Shown piece by piece: positions 1 through 9,058 of a stretch of DNA of 29,023 nucleotides. The notes under the pieces are model-generated. The model saw nothing but the letters and a program-made list of their open reading frames with translations. It had not been told where the DNA came from and made no database searches. Location: IMG/VR virus record IMGVR_UViG_3300048858_000032, positions 1 to 29,023 of that record. The stretch is one strand, 5' to 3'. Source of the DNA: a virus (Duplodnaviria > Caudoviricetes). The position numbers and the translations under genes were made by a program. Positions within the stretch are counted from its first letter, which is position 1. The number at the start of each line of letters is the position of its first letter.

Positions 1-1332
1 ATCCTGCTGGTCTCGACCCCGCTGGTGAAGGGGCGCTCTCGCATCGAGCGGGAGTATGAGGCGAGCGATCAGAGGCGGTTCTTTGTGCCGTGCCCTCACT
101 GTGGCCACATGCAGTCGCTGGAGTTCAAGCGGCTGAAATGGGACCCAGGGCATCCAGAGACGGCCCGGTATGAGTGCGAGGCGGATGGGTGTGACAAGCC
201 CATCACGGACGCGCACAAGACGGCGATGCTGGCCGGCGGAGAATGGAGGGCAACGGCTGTCAGCAAAGATCCGCTGGCAGTGGGATACCACCTGAGCAGC
301 CTCTACAGCCCGGTTGGATGGAAGTCCTGGGCTGATATCGCCCGGCAGTGGGACAAGGCGCAGCAAGAGGGGCCCGACGCCCTGCGGTCCTTCGTCAACA
401 CCGTTCTTGGCGAAACCTGGGCCGAGGCCGACACGGCGCCCGAATGGGAGCGCCTGTACGAGCGGCGAGAGACTGACTGGGTAATGGGGACCGTCCCCTG
501 GCGGTGCTTGCTGCTAACCAGCGGGACGGACGTTCAGCAGGATCGCATCGAGGTCTCAATCTGGGGCTGGGGGCCTGGGCTCGAACGGTGGCTGGTAGAC
601 CAGCGGGTTATCCGCAAGTCGCCTCACACCGAGGAAGCTTGGGACGAATGGGCTCAGCATCTGGATCACGAGTACCCGCATGCCGATGGTGGTAGTCTAC
701 AGGTAGCCCGCGCTGCGGTGGACAGCGGTGACATGACCCAAGAGGTCTATGCCGCGCTCCTGAGGTTGAATGACCCTCGCATCATGGCGACCAAGGGCAC
801 AGAGGGTGAGGCCGGGGGGTCGCTGGTAAGCGGGCCGACTTACGTGGACGTGAAGCGCCGGAACGGCCGCCTCATCCGCCGCGGCATGAAGGTCTGGACC
901 GTCGCGACCTCGAAACTCAAGCGCGAGCTGTATAGCCGCCTCGGCATGACGGTGCGGGAGACTGGCGAACTGCCGCCTGGCTGGGTTCACTTCCCCGCCG
1001 GCGTTCAGCCTGAACGGCTCAAGCAGCTGGTCTCGGAAGAACGGCGCCGGATCAAGTCAAAAGGTGGGCGGATACGCTTTGCCTGGGATGCGAATGGGCG
1101 TCGAAACGAGGAACTCGACTGTGCCGTGTATGCGCGCGCAGCGATCTATGACCTGGGCGTGGATCGGTACGGCGAGCGGTTCTGGCTGCAGTACGCGCGC
1201 AGCGTTCCGGTCGGTCCAGAAGATGCGCCCGCCGAGAGTGCCATTCAGGTCACACGAACGGCAACTGGACGGCTGGTCATGCCTAGGGCGCGATCTGGCC
1301 GCCGCATGACGAGATCATCTGCGATGGGTTGA
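1..1332 (+). CDS. Terminase large subunit, lambda GpA family (5'-truncated by window edge)
   Basis: Frame is open from base 1 (ILLVSTP...). Contains VPCPHCG and a second Cys pair (YECEADGC), GYHLSSLYSP, FVNTVLGETW, DVQ nuclease motif and RNEELDC near the C-terminus; lies directly upstream of gpW and portal. Confidence 0.95.
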   Translation: MLLVSTPLVKGRSRIEREYEASDQRRFFVPCPHCGHMQSLEFKRLKWDPGHPETARYECEADGCDKPITDAHKTAMLAGGEWRATAVSKDPLAVGYHLSSLYSPVGWKSWADIARQWDKAQQEGPDALRSFVNTVLGETWAEADTAPEWERLYERRETDWVMGTVPWRCLLLTSGTDVQQDRIEVSIWGWGPGLERWLVDQRVIRKSPHTEEAWDEWAQHLDHEYPHADGGSLQVARAAVDSGDMTQEVYAALLRLNDPRIMATKGTEGEAGGSLVSGPTYVDVKRRNGRLIRRGMKVWTVATSKLKRELYSRLGMTVRETGELPPGWVHFPAGVQPERLKQLVSEERRRIKSKGGRIRFAWDANGRRNEELDCAVYARAAIYDLGVDRYGERFWLQYARSVPVGPEDAPAESAIQVTRTATGRLVMPRARSGRRMTRSSAMG

Positions 1333-1343
1333 AGGAGTGCGAG

Positions 1344-1619
1344 ATGTCTTCTGAGCTTGAAGATGCCATCGCGCGCCTGAATGCCCTTCGTACTGCCCGC
1401 TCTGCCATGGTGCTGGACGTTGCCGGAGGCATCCAGCAGGTCCGCTACCCTGATGGTTCCGGTGTGACCTACAGCCCGGCCAGCGAGCGCGTGTCTGCCC
1501 TTGAGCCGATTGATCGGGAGATCGCGGCGCTGGAGGCCACGGTCGCGGTGCTGATGGGTGCGATACGACGGCCGCGCATTCGACAGGTCCGCTTCTCCAC
1601 CGGTAAGGGTCTGTCCTGA
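1344..1619 (+). CDS. Head-to-tail joining protein, gpW-like
   Basis: AAGGAG at 1332-1337 precedes ATG 1344. Helix, beta-hairpin (VRYPDGSGVTY), helix layout with a basic ...STGKGL tail; sits between terminase and portal as in lambda. Confidence 0.8.
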   Translation: MSSELEDAIARLNALRTARSAMVLDVAGGIQQVRYPDGSGVTYSPASERVSALEPIDREIAALEATVAVLMGAIRRPRIRQVRFSTGKGLS

Positions 1620-3166
1620 TGGCTGAGATGGGCCTCTTCCGGCGAATGATGGCCGCCATCGCCCCCTCCACCACGGCCTCATATCCGCCCGGTGTGGCTG
1701 GTTCTGGCGGCATGGGGCTCGAGGCAGGCTCTCAGGCTAGGCGGCTGCGGAACTTCCAGCCCGGCCCGGCTCACGTCAACAGCCTGATCTCGGCGGCGGG
1801 CAGCACGGTTACGCAGCGCGCCCGCTGGCTGGCGCGCAACAACGGCTACGCGATCAATGCCCTGGACTGGTGGGGCAACACGGTGGTGGGGCCTGGCATC
1901 TCACCGAGTTGGCTGCGCCTTGCCCCGGATCAGAAGAAGGCCATGCGTTCGGCCTGGGACGACTGGACGGACGAGGCCGACGCCGAGGGGTTGACCGATT
2001 TCTATGGCCTGCAGCGCCGGGCCGCCCGCGAACTGTTCATCGCCGGCGAGGTCTTCATCCGCCTGCGCTACCGGCGCCCGGAAGACGGGCTGTCGGTTCC
2101 CCTGCAACTGCAGATGTTGCCGTCCGAGATGCTGGACGCCAACGACAACCGCCCATGGAGCGGCGGCGTCATGGTGCGGCAGGGCGTGGAGTTCGATCGG
2201 CTCGGGCGTCGTACCGCCTACTGGTTCTGGAGGCGCCATCCGGCCGACAGCACAGAGCCTCTGGCAGGTCTGCAGGACAAGGTTCGGGTTCCCGCGAGCG
2301 AAGTCCTGCATCTGCTGGACGCCATCGAGGCTGGCCAGATCCGCGGCCTGAGCCGGTTCAGCAATGCCACGGTGGCCCTGTTCTCCTTGGACCAGTACGA
2401 CGACGCGGAACTGGAGCGCAAGAAGACCGCCGCCCTGTATGCGGGCTTCATCAAGCGCCGCGCCCGTCCTGACGATGATCCCGGGGATCTGGTGGTCGGG
2501 CAGGCCGAAGCTGGCCTGCTGGCCACAGGAGCCGGCGATGACGGCGTCGGCACTGTCGCCCTGGAGCCCGGCACCATGACGGTGCTGGACTATGACGATG
2601 AGGACGTGGTGTTCAGCTCGCCGGCGGATGTCGGCACCAGTTACGAGCCGTTCCAGTATCGGACCCTGCTGCGGATCAGCGCCGCGCTAGGAGTGCCGTA
2701 TTTCGCTGTGACGGGCGACACCTCCAAGGCCAACTATTCCAGCCTTCGGGCCGCCCTCATTGATGCACGCAAGCGCATCGAGGCATTCCAGTGGTCCGTG
2801 GTGATCTTCGGGATGTGCCGGCCTGTGCTGGCCGCGTGGATGACGCAAGCGGCTCTGGCTGGCGTGGTTCCGGGCCTGACGCCTGCGGCCATGCTGCGAC
2901 AAGGCCCGATGTTCCGAAAGGTGCGCTGGATGCTGCCGCCTTGGGCTGGCGCTGACCCATTCAAGGACCGTCAGGAACAGGTTCTGGCCATCCAGAACAG
3001 GCTGAAAGCCCGCTCCGACGTGATCGAGAGCGACGGCTTCGACGCCGCCGAGACAGACGAACGGATTGCCGAGGATCACGAGCGCGAACGCCGGCTAGGC
3101 ATCAGTCCGGCGCCGAGCACAACCGCTGCGCCGCGTCCGCAGCCTCCAGAGCGCGACGAGGAGTAG
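1619..3166 (+). CDS. Portal protein, lambda family
   Basis: 515 aa with RARWLARNNGYA, GVEFDRLGRRTAYW, GQIRGLS and ANYSSLR motifs; ATG overlaps the gpW stop. Confidence 0.95.
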   Translation: MAEMGLFRRMMAAIAPSTTASYPPGVAGSGGMGLEAGSQARRLRNFQPGPAHVNSLISAAGSTVTQRARWLARNNGYAINALDWWGNTVVGPGISPSWLRLAPDQKKAMRSAWDDWTDEADAEGLTDFYGLQRRAARELFIAGEVFIRLRYRRPEDGLSVPLQLQMLPSEMLDANDNRPWSGGVMVRQGVEFDRLGRRTAYWFWRRHPADSTEPLAGLQDKVRVPASEVLHLLDAIEAGQIRGLSRFSNATVALFSLDQYDDAELERKKTAALYAGFIKRRARPDDDPGDLVVGQAEAGLLATGAGDDGVGTVALEPGTMTVLDYDDEDVVFSSPADVGTSYEPFQYRTLLRISAALGVPYFAVTGDTSKANYSSLRAALIDARKRIEAFQWSVVIFGMCRPVLAAWMTQAALAGVVPGLTPAAMLRQGPMFRKVRWMLPPWAGADPFKDRQEQVLAIQNRLKARSDVIESDGFDAAETDERIAEDHERERRLGISPAPSTTAAPRPQPPERDEE

Positions 3167-3169
3167 ATC

Positions 3170-4450
3170 ATGCTGCATTTGCCGCACGTCTCGGGGCGCC
3201 TGATCGGCACCCCGCTGATGGTGCACGGCCATAAGCTGAAGGCCATAATGGCTGGGCTGGCGCCGCGTCTTGGCCTTCGCCCTGCGGCTTTCGAGGATGA
3301 CTATGACGAGCGCCCGCGGCCGGCCCGACGCCCTTATGTCGTGACGGATGCGGGCATCGCCATCGTGCCGGTGGTGGGCCTTTTGGCCAACCGGGCCGGC
3401 GGTGTCGATGCCTCCAGCACGCCAATGGCCTCGTATGAGAGCGTGGTGGCGCTGACCCGTACCGCCCTTGCCGATCCTGCTGTGCGCGGCGTGGTGCAAG
3501 ACTACGAGACGCCCGGAGGCGAGGCGTTCGGATGCTTTGACGCGTCGAAGGCACTGGCGGCCATGCGTGGCGGCAAGCCTATCGTCGCCGTCGCCAACGC
3601 CTATTCGTACTCTGCCGGATACGCCCTCATGTCGGCCGCGGACATGATCTTCGTGCCGCAGTCCGGCGAGGTCGGTTCCATCGGCGTCGTAGCCGTCCAT
3701 GTCGATGAGAGCGGCGCCGACGCACAGGACGGCTTGGCCTGGGAATACATCTATCAGGGCGACCACAAGGTTGACGGCCACCCGCATGCGCCGCTGAGCG
3801 ACACCGCACGTGCCGGCATCGAGCGCCAAGTTGCTCACCTCTATGACCTGTTCGTCAACGGCGTGGCCGAGAACCGCCGGATCGACGCTGCGAAGGTGCG
3901 TGCCACTGAGGCCGCCTGCCTGAACGCCGAAGAGGCGATAGAGGCGGGGCTGGCTGATCGGATCGGCACGCTCAGTGACGCCGTGGCGGAATGCGCCCGG
4001 CTTGCAGATGCCCGCACCCCGCCGAGGGGCGCAGCTCCGGCCCGTGGCCGGTCAACAGCACAATCCACCACAGGAGGCACGGCAGTGTCCGACCGCAACG
4101 ACGTGGCCGCGGGGGACACCGCCCCCAACGCCCAGCACACCCCCGAAGAACTGGCCGCCGCCACGGCCGCGGCCCGTGTCGCTGCTGCCGAAGAGGCCGC
4201 CGGCATCGTGGAACTCTGCACGATGGCGGGGCGCCCACAGGACGCCGCCGAGCACATCAAGGCGGGCCGCAGCCGCGGCGATGTCGCCATGGCGCTGCTG
4301 AAGGCAAAGGCCGACGCCGGAGCCCAGGACACCACCATGACTGCCCACGCCGCCCAGGGCGGGGCGCATGACACATCGGCGGCTGTCGATGTCGACAAGA
4401 GCTGGGCGCATTCCATCAGCCGCGTGTGCGGCGCCGTGAAGGGGGCCTGA
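3170..4450 (+). CDS. Prohead maturation protease, S49 family (gpC-like), with C-terminal scaffold region
   Basis: TPGGE, AYSYSAGY, GEVGSIGV and EEAIEAGLADRIGTL S49 motifs; Ala-rich C-terminal third; follows the portal. Confidence 0.93.
   Translation: MLHLPHVSGRLIGTPLMVHGHKLKAIMAGLAPRLGLRPAAFEDDYDERPRPARRPYVVTDAGIAIVPVVGLLANRAGGVDASSTPMASYESVVALTRTALADPAVRGVVQDYETPGGEAFGCFDASKALAAMRGGKPIVAVANAYSYSAGYALMSAADMIFVPQSGEVGSIGVVAVHVDESGADAQDGLAWEYIYQGDHKVDGHPHAPLSDTARAGIERQVAHLYDLFVNGVAENRRIDAAKVRATEAACLNAEEAIEAGLADRIGTLSDAVAECARLADARTPPRGAAPARGRSTAQSTTGGTAVSDRNDVAAGDTAPNAQHTPEELAAATAAARVAAAEEAAGIVELCTMAGRPQDAAEHIKAGRSRGDVAMALLKAKADAGAQDTTMTAHAAQGGAHDTSAAVDVDKSWAHSISRVCGAVKGA
4085..4450 (+). CDS. 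Putative nested in-frame scaffolding protein (Nu3-like, 121 aa)
   Basis: AGGAGG at 4072-4077 lies 7 nt before an in-frame GTG at 4085, just after the protease domain; same arrangement as lambda C/Nu3. Confidence 0.7.
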   Translation: MSDRNDVAAGDTAPNAQHTPEELAAATAAARVAAAEEAAGIVELCTMAGRPQDAAEHIKAGRSRGDVAMALLKAKADAGAQDTTMTAHAAQGGAHDTSAAVDVDKSWAHSISRVCGAVKGA

Positions 4451-4453
4451 TCC

Positions 4454-4819
4454 ATGGTGACCGTTCCGTTCGGCCGGGGACCCGGCCATTTCATCGCCGG
4501 TGAGGCCAACTTCTGGCGTGCGCGCCAGCACGAGACGCTGGTGGCGGGGCAGAACCTCGTCGCTGGTACTGTGCTGGGTCGGGTGACCACGGGCGGCAAG
4601 CTGACCCAGCTTGCGCCTGGCGCCTCCGATGGCAGCCAGAACGCGATGGGCATCCTCTACGAGGACACCAACGCGACCGCCGAGGACAAGCGGGTGGTGG
4701 TCATTGCCCGTGACTTCGAGGCCGATGGGCAGGTTTTGACCTGGCCCGTCGGCATTACCGCCCCGCAGAAGACCGCCGCCATCGCCGCCCTTGCGGCGCT
4801 CGGCATTGTCGTGCGCTGA
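4454..4819 (+). CDS. Head decoration protein, lambda gpD family
   Basis: GTVLGRVT, ASDGSQNAMGILY and LTWP...ALAALGIVVR motifs; between protease and major capsid. Confidence 0.88.
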   Translation: MVTVPFGRGPGHFIAGEANFWRARQHETLVAGQNLVAGTVLGRVTTGGKLTQLAPGASDGSQNAMGILYEDTNATAEDKRVVVIARDFEADGQVLTWPVGITAPQKTAAIAALAALGIVVR

Positions 4820-4833
4820 AGGAGCCCTGACCG

Positions 4834-5847
4834 ATGCCGACCCTCGACATTCTCGACAACCCGGTATTTCGCCCGATCGCCATGACGCGGGCGGCGCGGC
4901 TGCTGCCCTATGTGCCGGGCTACCTGGGCAGCCTGAACCTCTTCAACGTGGACCGCATCCGCGACACACGAGTGGCGCTGCGCCGCATCAACGGCAAGGT
5001 CACGCTGATCAAGAGCACGGAGCGCGGTGGCGATCCGGTGATCGGCAACGATGAGACGGCCGATGAGGTCTACCTGAAGACCCCCCGCCTCGCGAAGCGC
5101 CAGCGCAAGCAGGCGCATGAGTTGCAGAACCTGCGGAGCCTGGATACTCCGGATCAGCTCGTCACCGTGCAGGACGAGATCACCCGCATCCAGGCGAACC
5201 AGCGCCGTGATCTGGAACTGACGCTGGAATTCCATCGGATGGGTGCCATCCAGGGCAAGCTGATGGACGCCGATGGCACGACGGTGCTGGCGAACTTCTA
5301 CAGCCTGTTCGGCATCTCTGAGCCGGCACTGATCGACATGCGGTTGGATGAGCCGGACGCCGATATCCGCGGCGTCGTCGCCGGCATCGTCCGCACCATG
5401 CGGACCCAGGGCAAGGGCGCCGTGACGATCCAGTCGCGCATCATGGCCCTGTGCGGCGACAACTTCTGGGACGCTCTGGTCGGCCACAAGCAGGTGGTGG
5501 AGACCTATCGTGCCCAGGAAGGTGCTCGCCTCCGCGAAGGTACGGCCTATGGCACGCTGGACTTCGGCGGTGTCACCTGGGTCAACTACCGCGGTACCGA
5601 TGACGGCTCGACGGTCGCCATCAACACCGATCAGGCCCGGTTCTTCCCGACGAACGCTCCCGACGTGTTCGGCGTGGCGTATTCGCCCTTCGAAGGGGAA
5701 GAGTTCGTCAACACGCCGGGTGAGGATCTCTACTCCATCATCGTGCGCGATCGCGAGCGCGGCTTCTGGTTCCAGCCGGAGATCTACTCCTATCCGCTGC
5801 ACTACTGCCGGATGCCGGAACTGCTCCTCCGGGCCAAGAAGTTCTGA
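4834..5847 (+). CDS. Major capsid protein, lambda gpE family
   Basis: 337 aa with TLEFHRMGAIQG, DFGGVTWVNYRG and YSYPLHYCRMPELL; AAGGAG upstream. Confidence 0.93.
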   Translation: MPTLDILDNPVFRPIAMTRAARLLPYVPGYLGSLNLFNVDRIRDTRVALRRINGKVTLIKSTERGGDPVIGNDETADEVYLKTPRLAKRQRKQAHELQNLRSLDTPDQLVTVQDEITRIQANQRRDLELTLEFHRMGAIQGKLMDADGTTVLANFYSLFGISEPALIDMRLDEPDADIRGVVAGIVRTMRTQGKGAVTIQSRIMALCGDNFWDALVGHKQVVETYRAQEGARLREGTAYGTLDFGGVTWVNYRGTDDGSTVAINTDQARFFPTNAPDVFGVAYSPFEGEEFVNTPGEDLYSIIVRDRERGFWFQPEIYSYPLHYCRMPELLLRAKKF

Positions 5848-5855
5848 GGCCCGCC

Positions 5856-6119
5856 ATGAGCAAGCCCAAGACGCTCCGTATCGTCCCGCGCGCCCGCCTC
5901 GTCCTCGCCGATAGCTCGGTCGTGGAAGAGGGCGTCGCGGCTGACGTGCCGACGGCAGAGGCCGAGAACCTGATCGCTCTCGGCCATGCTGTCGAGGTGG
6001 TGAAGGGCGAGGTGGAGGCCGGCGCGAAGGTGGAGGTTCTGCCTCCCCCGGTGGCGCCGGCGCCCGCCCCTGAGCCCGCACCGGAGCCGGTGGTGGTGCA
6101 GGAGCCGCCCCGGTCGTGA
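5856..6119 (+). CDS. Small virion/packaging protein in the gpFI position
   Basis: Directly follows the capsid gene; ...AENLIALGHA... core with a Pro/Glu-rich tail; stop overlaps the next GTG. Function assigned by synteny only. Confidence 0.55.
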   Translation: MSKPKTLRIVPRARLVLADSSVVEEGVAADVPTAEAENLIALGHAVEVVKGEVEAGAKVEVLPPPVAPAPAPEPAPEPVVVQEPPRS

Positions 6120-6433
6120 CCGATCCCTGGGCTCGTGCGGCGAATGCCTTGGCGCGCGGGCCCGGCGGGATCGACGCCGACTATTATCTGGTCAGCGGCG
6201 GCCCGCCGATCCGCGGGATCAGGCTGGTCCTGGAGTTCGATGACGTGCCGACAGGGCGCCCTGCGCGCCCGCTGGCTGGCCTTGTCCCTGCTGAGGCGGG
6301 GATCGGCCCGGCCCAGCGCGGCGATGTCGTGACCGCAGTGGTGGATGGCGTCATGGAAAACCTTAAGGTCGAGGAAGCCCGCCCGGGCTGGCGCGGCTGG
6401 GGTTGGCGCCTGCAGTTCAGCCGGGGGCGGTAA
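6116..6433 (+). CDS. Head-tail joining/closure protein, gpFII-like
   Basis: 105 aa, beta-rich pattern (PAQRGDVVT...LKVEE...WRLQF); start and stop overlap both neighbours. Confidence 0.6.
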   Translation: MTDPWARAANALARGPGGIDADYYLVSGGPPIRGIRLVLEFDDVPTGRPARPLAGLVPAEAGIGPAQRGDVVTAVVDGVMENLKVEEARPGWRGWGWRLQFSRGR

Positions 6434-6903
6434 TGACGCCGATCCGGGAAAAGCTTTTGGCTGATGTGACAGAACGCCTGGCTTCGACCGTCACTGACGT
6501 GCCGGTTGAGCGCGCTCGCCGTGCCATTCCGAATGAAGACATCGAAGGCGACTTTCCCCGTCTTATCGTCCGTGGCGGCGACTTGGCGTCCTCGGATGGC
6601 GAGGGCTACGGCGAGACGACTTATGCCGTTGGGGTGGTGGTCACCGGGTATGCCAAGGCCAGCCCCTACGACGACGACCAGGACCTATCCTGTGAACAGG
6701 CCCTCTCCGCGCTCCACGCCCGCGTAGTCGCTGCCCTGGTGAGTTGGCAGCCCGATGGTGTGGACCTGAACGAAGTCCGCGAAGGCGGTCAGGCCGAGTT
6801 CATCTCCTACGACCTGGACGAAAGCGCAGTCGCCGCGGGCGAGTTCACGGCCACCTTCGAGGCCATTTCCATCCGCCCCACGGGGCACCCCTACGCCGCC
6901 TGA
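6433..6903 (+). CDS. Tail terminator-like protein
   Basis: ATG 6433 overlaps the upstream TAA; acidic 156-aa protein starting MTPIREKLLA; directly upstream of the tail tube gene. Confidence 0.65.
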   Translation: MTPIREKLLADVTERLASTVTDVPVERARRAIPNEDIEGDFPRLIVRGGDLASSDGEGYGETTYAVGVVVTGYAKASPYDDDQDLSCEQALSALHARVVAALVSWQPDGVDLNEVREGGQAEFISYDLDESAVAAGEFTATFEAISIRPTGHPYAA

Positions 6904-6938
6904 GCGCGGCTTCATCCTACCAACGAGGGACAAGCCGC

Positions 6939-8108
6939 ATGTGCGCGAAGCTCGTGCGCGATCGCTTTTCTGCGGTCGCCGTCAAGATCGAGACCACCCC
7001 AGGCACGGACGCCATCGGCGGCAGCCCGGCCCTGGACGACTGGTTCGGCGGCACCTGTGATGTGCAGTGGGACCAAAGCGTCACGCCGAACCCGGAATAC
7101 ACGGGGTCGATCGATGAGGCCCCGGGCATCGTCGGCGGCCTGCGGGCGCGGGTAACCCTGACCGCCGTCTTGCGCGGCTCCGGGCTGCCCGGCACAGCGC
7201 CGAACTTCGCGCGTCTTATGCGCTGCTGCACAATGCAGGAGACGGTCACGGCCGCCGCGATTGGCGCACCAACGGTCGGCACGGCTGGCACCACTACCAC
7301 CGGCACGCTGGCCACGCCCTTCGCGGCCACGGCGCAGCTGTATCGCGGCATGCCGATGGAGATCTCGGGGGACCGGACCAGCCTGGATGCTGTGGTTGAC
7401 TATACCGCGGGCCGCGTGGCCAGCTTCGGCCGCACCTTCGCGCAGGCCTTGACCAGCACGACCGCCTATCGCGTCCCTGCCAATGTCCTCTACGGCCCCA
7501 CCTCCGACGACGCGGTCTACAAGACCGCGACGATCTACCTCTACAAGGACGGACTGCGCTGGCGCCTGACCGGCTTTGTCGGCACCGCCACGATCTCGCT
7601 GACCACCGGTGGCATCGGCCAAGTGCAGTTCCAGGGGATGGCGCAGCTGGCGGCTGATCCCGACCTCGTGGCGCTACCCGCCGGTGCGCTCAGCATCGTC
7701 CGGCCGACCCCGCCGCGCTTCGTCAATGGCCTGTGCCAGTTGAACCGGCAGACGGCCCAGCTGCGCACCCTGACGCTGAACCTCGGCGTCGGCACCACCT
7801 TGCCGGACAATCCGGAGGCGCCGGAAGGCTATGACCCGGCCACTGCGGTCAGCCGCGCGATCGGCGGCAGCCTTGATCCGTACATGACGGCGTCCACCTA
7901 CGTGAGCCTTTTCAATAACTTCCGACAAGGCCAGGGTATGCCCCTGCAGGCGATTATCGGTAGCACGCCGGGTAACCGCTTCGCCCTGACCGTCCCGTCA
8001 GCCCGGGCCACGCAGAACAACCCGGGCAACCGGGAAGGCAATGCGACTAACCAGATCACCTTCGCGGCTGACACGCCGGACGCAGGCGCCTTCTTGACCG
8101 CCTTCTGA
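6939..8108 (+). CDS. Major tail tube protein
   Basis: GAGGGA before ATG 6939; VAVKIETTPGTDA start; Thr/Gly-rich; DGLRWRLTGFVG; followed by a frameshifting chaperone gene. Confidence 0.8.
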   Translation: MCAKLVRDRFSAVAVKIETTPGTDAIGGSPALDDWFGGTCDVQWDQSVTPNPEYTGSIDEAPGIVGGLRARVTLTAVLRGSGLPGTAPNFARLMRCCTMQETVTAAAIGAPTVGTAGTTTTGTLATPFAATAQLYRGMPMEISGDRTSLDAVVDYTAGRVASFGRTFAQALTSTTAYRVPANVLYGPTSDDAVYKTATIYLYKDGLRWRLTGFVGTATISLTTGGIGQVQFQGMAQLAADPDLVALPAGALSIVRPTPPRFVNGLCQLNRQTAQLRTLTLNLGVGTTLPDNPEAPEGYDPATAVSRAIGGSLDPYMTASTYVSLFNNFRQGQGMPLQAIIGSTPGNRFALTVPSARATQNNPGNREGNATNQITFAADTPDAGAFLTAF

Positions 8109-8117
8109 CCAATCCGG

Positions 8118-8199
8118 CCGACACCGGGAAATGCCCCGCGCGCGCAGGGCCGGCGGGCGGTGTGTCGGCACCGCCCGCCACCTTTCTCCCCGACAGGAG
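8118..8199 (+). promoter_or_regulatory. Structured intergenic RNA element: 11-bp hairpin with two possible pseudoknot partners
   Basis: Stem GGCGGGCGGTG (8152-8162)/CACCGCCCGCC (8169-8179), loop TGTCGG. The loop complement CCGACA occurs at 8118-8123 and 8190-8195; the latter abuts the AGGAG SD. Confidence 0.55.
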
Positions 8200-8207
8200 C
8201 ACGACCT

Positions 8208-8870
8208 ATGGAAACCCAGGACCAGCCGGTCTTCAGCCGAGCGGGCGTCGAGACGTTCCCGATCCCCGGCCGACCGCGCAGCTACGACATCGCGCCTCTG
8301 AGCGTCCGCGAGCGCGCTGCCGCCAAGGCAGACGTGGTGGGCGAAGCTGGCCTCTATCCCACGCAGGAACAGCTCTACGCCGCGCTGCGCGACGCACTAC
8401 GGGATGCCGCGCCGGCGAACCTCGATGAGCTTCTGACCATCGTAGATGAGGCGGAACAGAACCCCACCGACGTGGCGCTGGTGGCCCGCGTGTCGCCGGT
8501 CGAGAACGCCTGCATGAGCGCCCCAAGCTATCGCGCTCTGCTGGCGCAGCGCACCCGCTACATGGAAGCTGTCCCGCTGATCTACGCGCGCCACGCCTTG
8601 CGGGGCTGGGATGGCGAAAAGCTGCCCCCGTTCCGCCGTGAGAAGGGGCTGGTGCCTTTCGACCTGCTGGACGTTCTGCCCGATGATGAGTTGCGGGCGA
8701 TCGGCATGCGCGCCTTCGCGCTCTCTCAGCCGAACCAGGCCGCGGAAAAAAACTCCGCAGCGCCCTCGCGGTCCTCCGGGACCCCGATGGGTACGCAGGC
8801 CCGGAGCAGCCGTTCGGCGGGGGCCGCTACCTCGTTGCGGGCGAAGAAGTTGAAGCGAACCCGCGGCTAA
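8208..8870 (+). CDS. Tail assembly chaperone, gpG-like (220 aa)
   Basis: AGGAG at 8195-8199 before ATG 8208; follows the tail tube; contains the slippery heptamer A AAA AAC at 8747-8753. Confidence 0.8.
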   Translation: METQDQPVFSRAGVETFPIPGRPRSYDIAPLSVRERAAAKADVVGEAGLYPTQEQLYAALRDALRDAAPANLDELLTIVDEAEQNPTDVALVARVSPVENACMSAPSYRALLAQRTRYMEAVPLIYARHALRGWDGEKLPPFRREKGLVPFDLLDVLPDDELRAIGMRAFALSQPNQAAEKNSAAPSRSSGTPMGTQARSSRSAGAATSLRAKKLKRTRG

Positions 8871-9058
8871 CCACGCCGCCGGCTTATCTGGAGTTCGTTC
8901 GGCTCTGGATTGCCGGCCGGGATGGCAACGGTGCCCTAATGGTCTGGCCTGACGATGGTGGCCTCGCCCAGCAATCAGCCTGGATCTTCGACGCCTACGG
9001 GATTTTGGCGGGCACGGAGGCGCGGATGCGCAAGCTGGAGAGGGAGGGAGCGCCATGA
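8750..9058 (+). CDS. -1 frameshift extension of the tail assembly chaperone (gpT-like; G-T fusion of about 283 aa)
   Basis: The -1 frame is open from the slippery site: KLRSALAVLRDPDGYAG...WPDDGGLAQQSAWIFDAY...REGAP*. Its TGA (9056-9058) overlaps the next ATG (9055). Not in the supplied ORF track. Confidence 0.8.
   Translation, partial: KLRSALAVLRDPDGYAGPEQPFGGGRYLVAGEEVEANPRLTTPPAYLEFVRLWIAGRDGNGALMVWPDDGGLAQQSAWIFDAYGILAGTEARMRKLEREGAP

Noticed and set aside
4657-6081. 474-aa minus-strand ORF and similar long antisense ORFs (e.g. 20659-22749, 17530-18825, 24867-25901, 11322-12227)
   Set aside because: Shadow frames of well-supported + strand genes in high-GC DNA; no recognisable motifs.
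6744-6938. Upstream starts given in the ORF track (also 1329, 6403, 8160, 11259, 12095, 19679, 20122, 22884, 27060)
   Set aside because: Most overlap the preceding gene; downstream ATGs have SD sequences or stop/start coupling.
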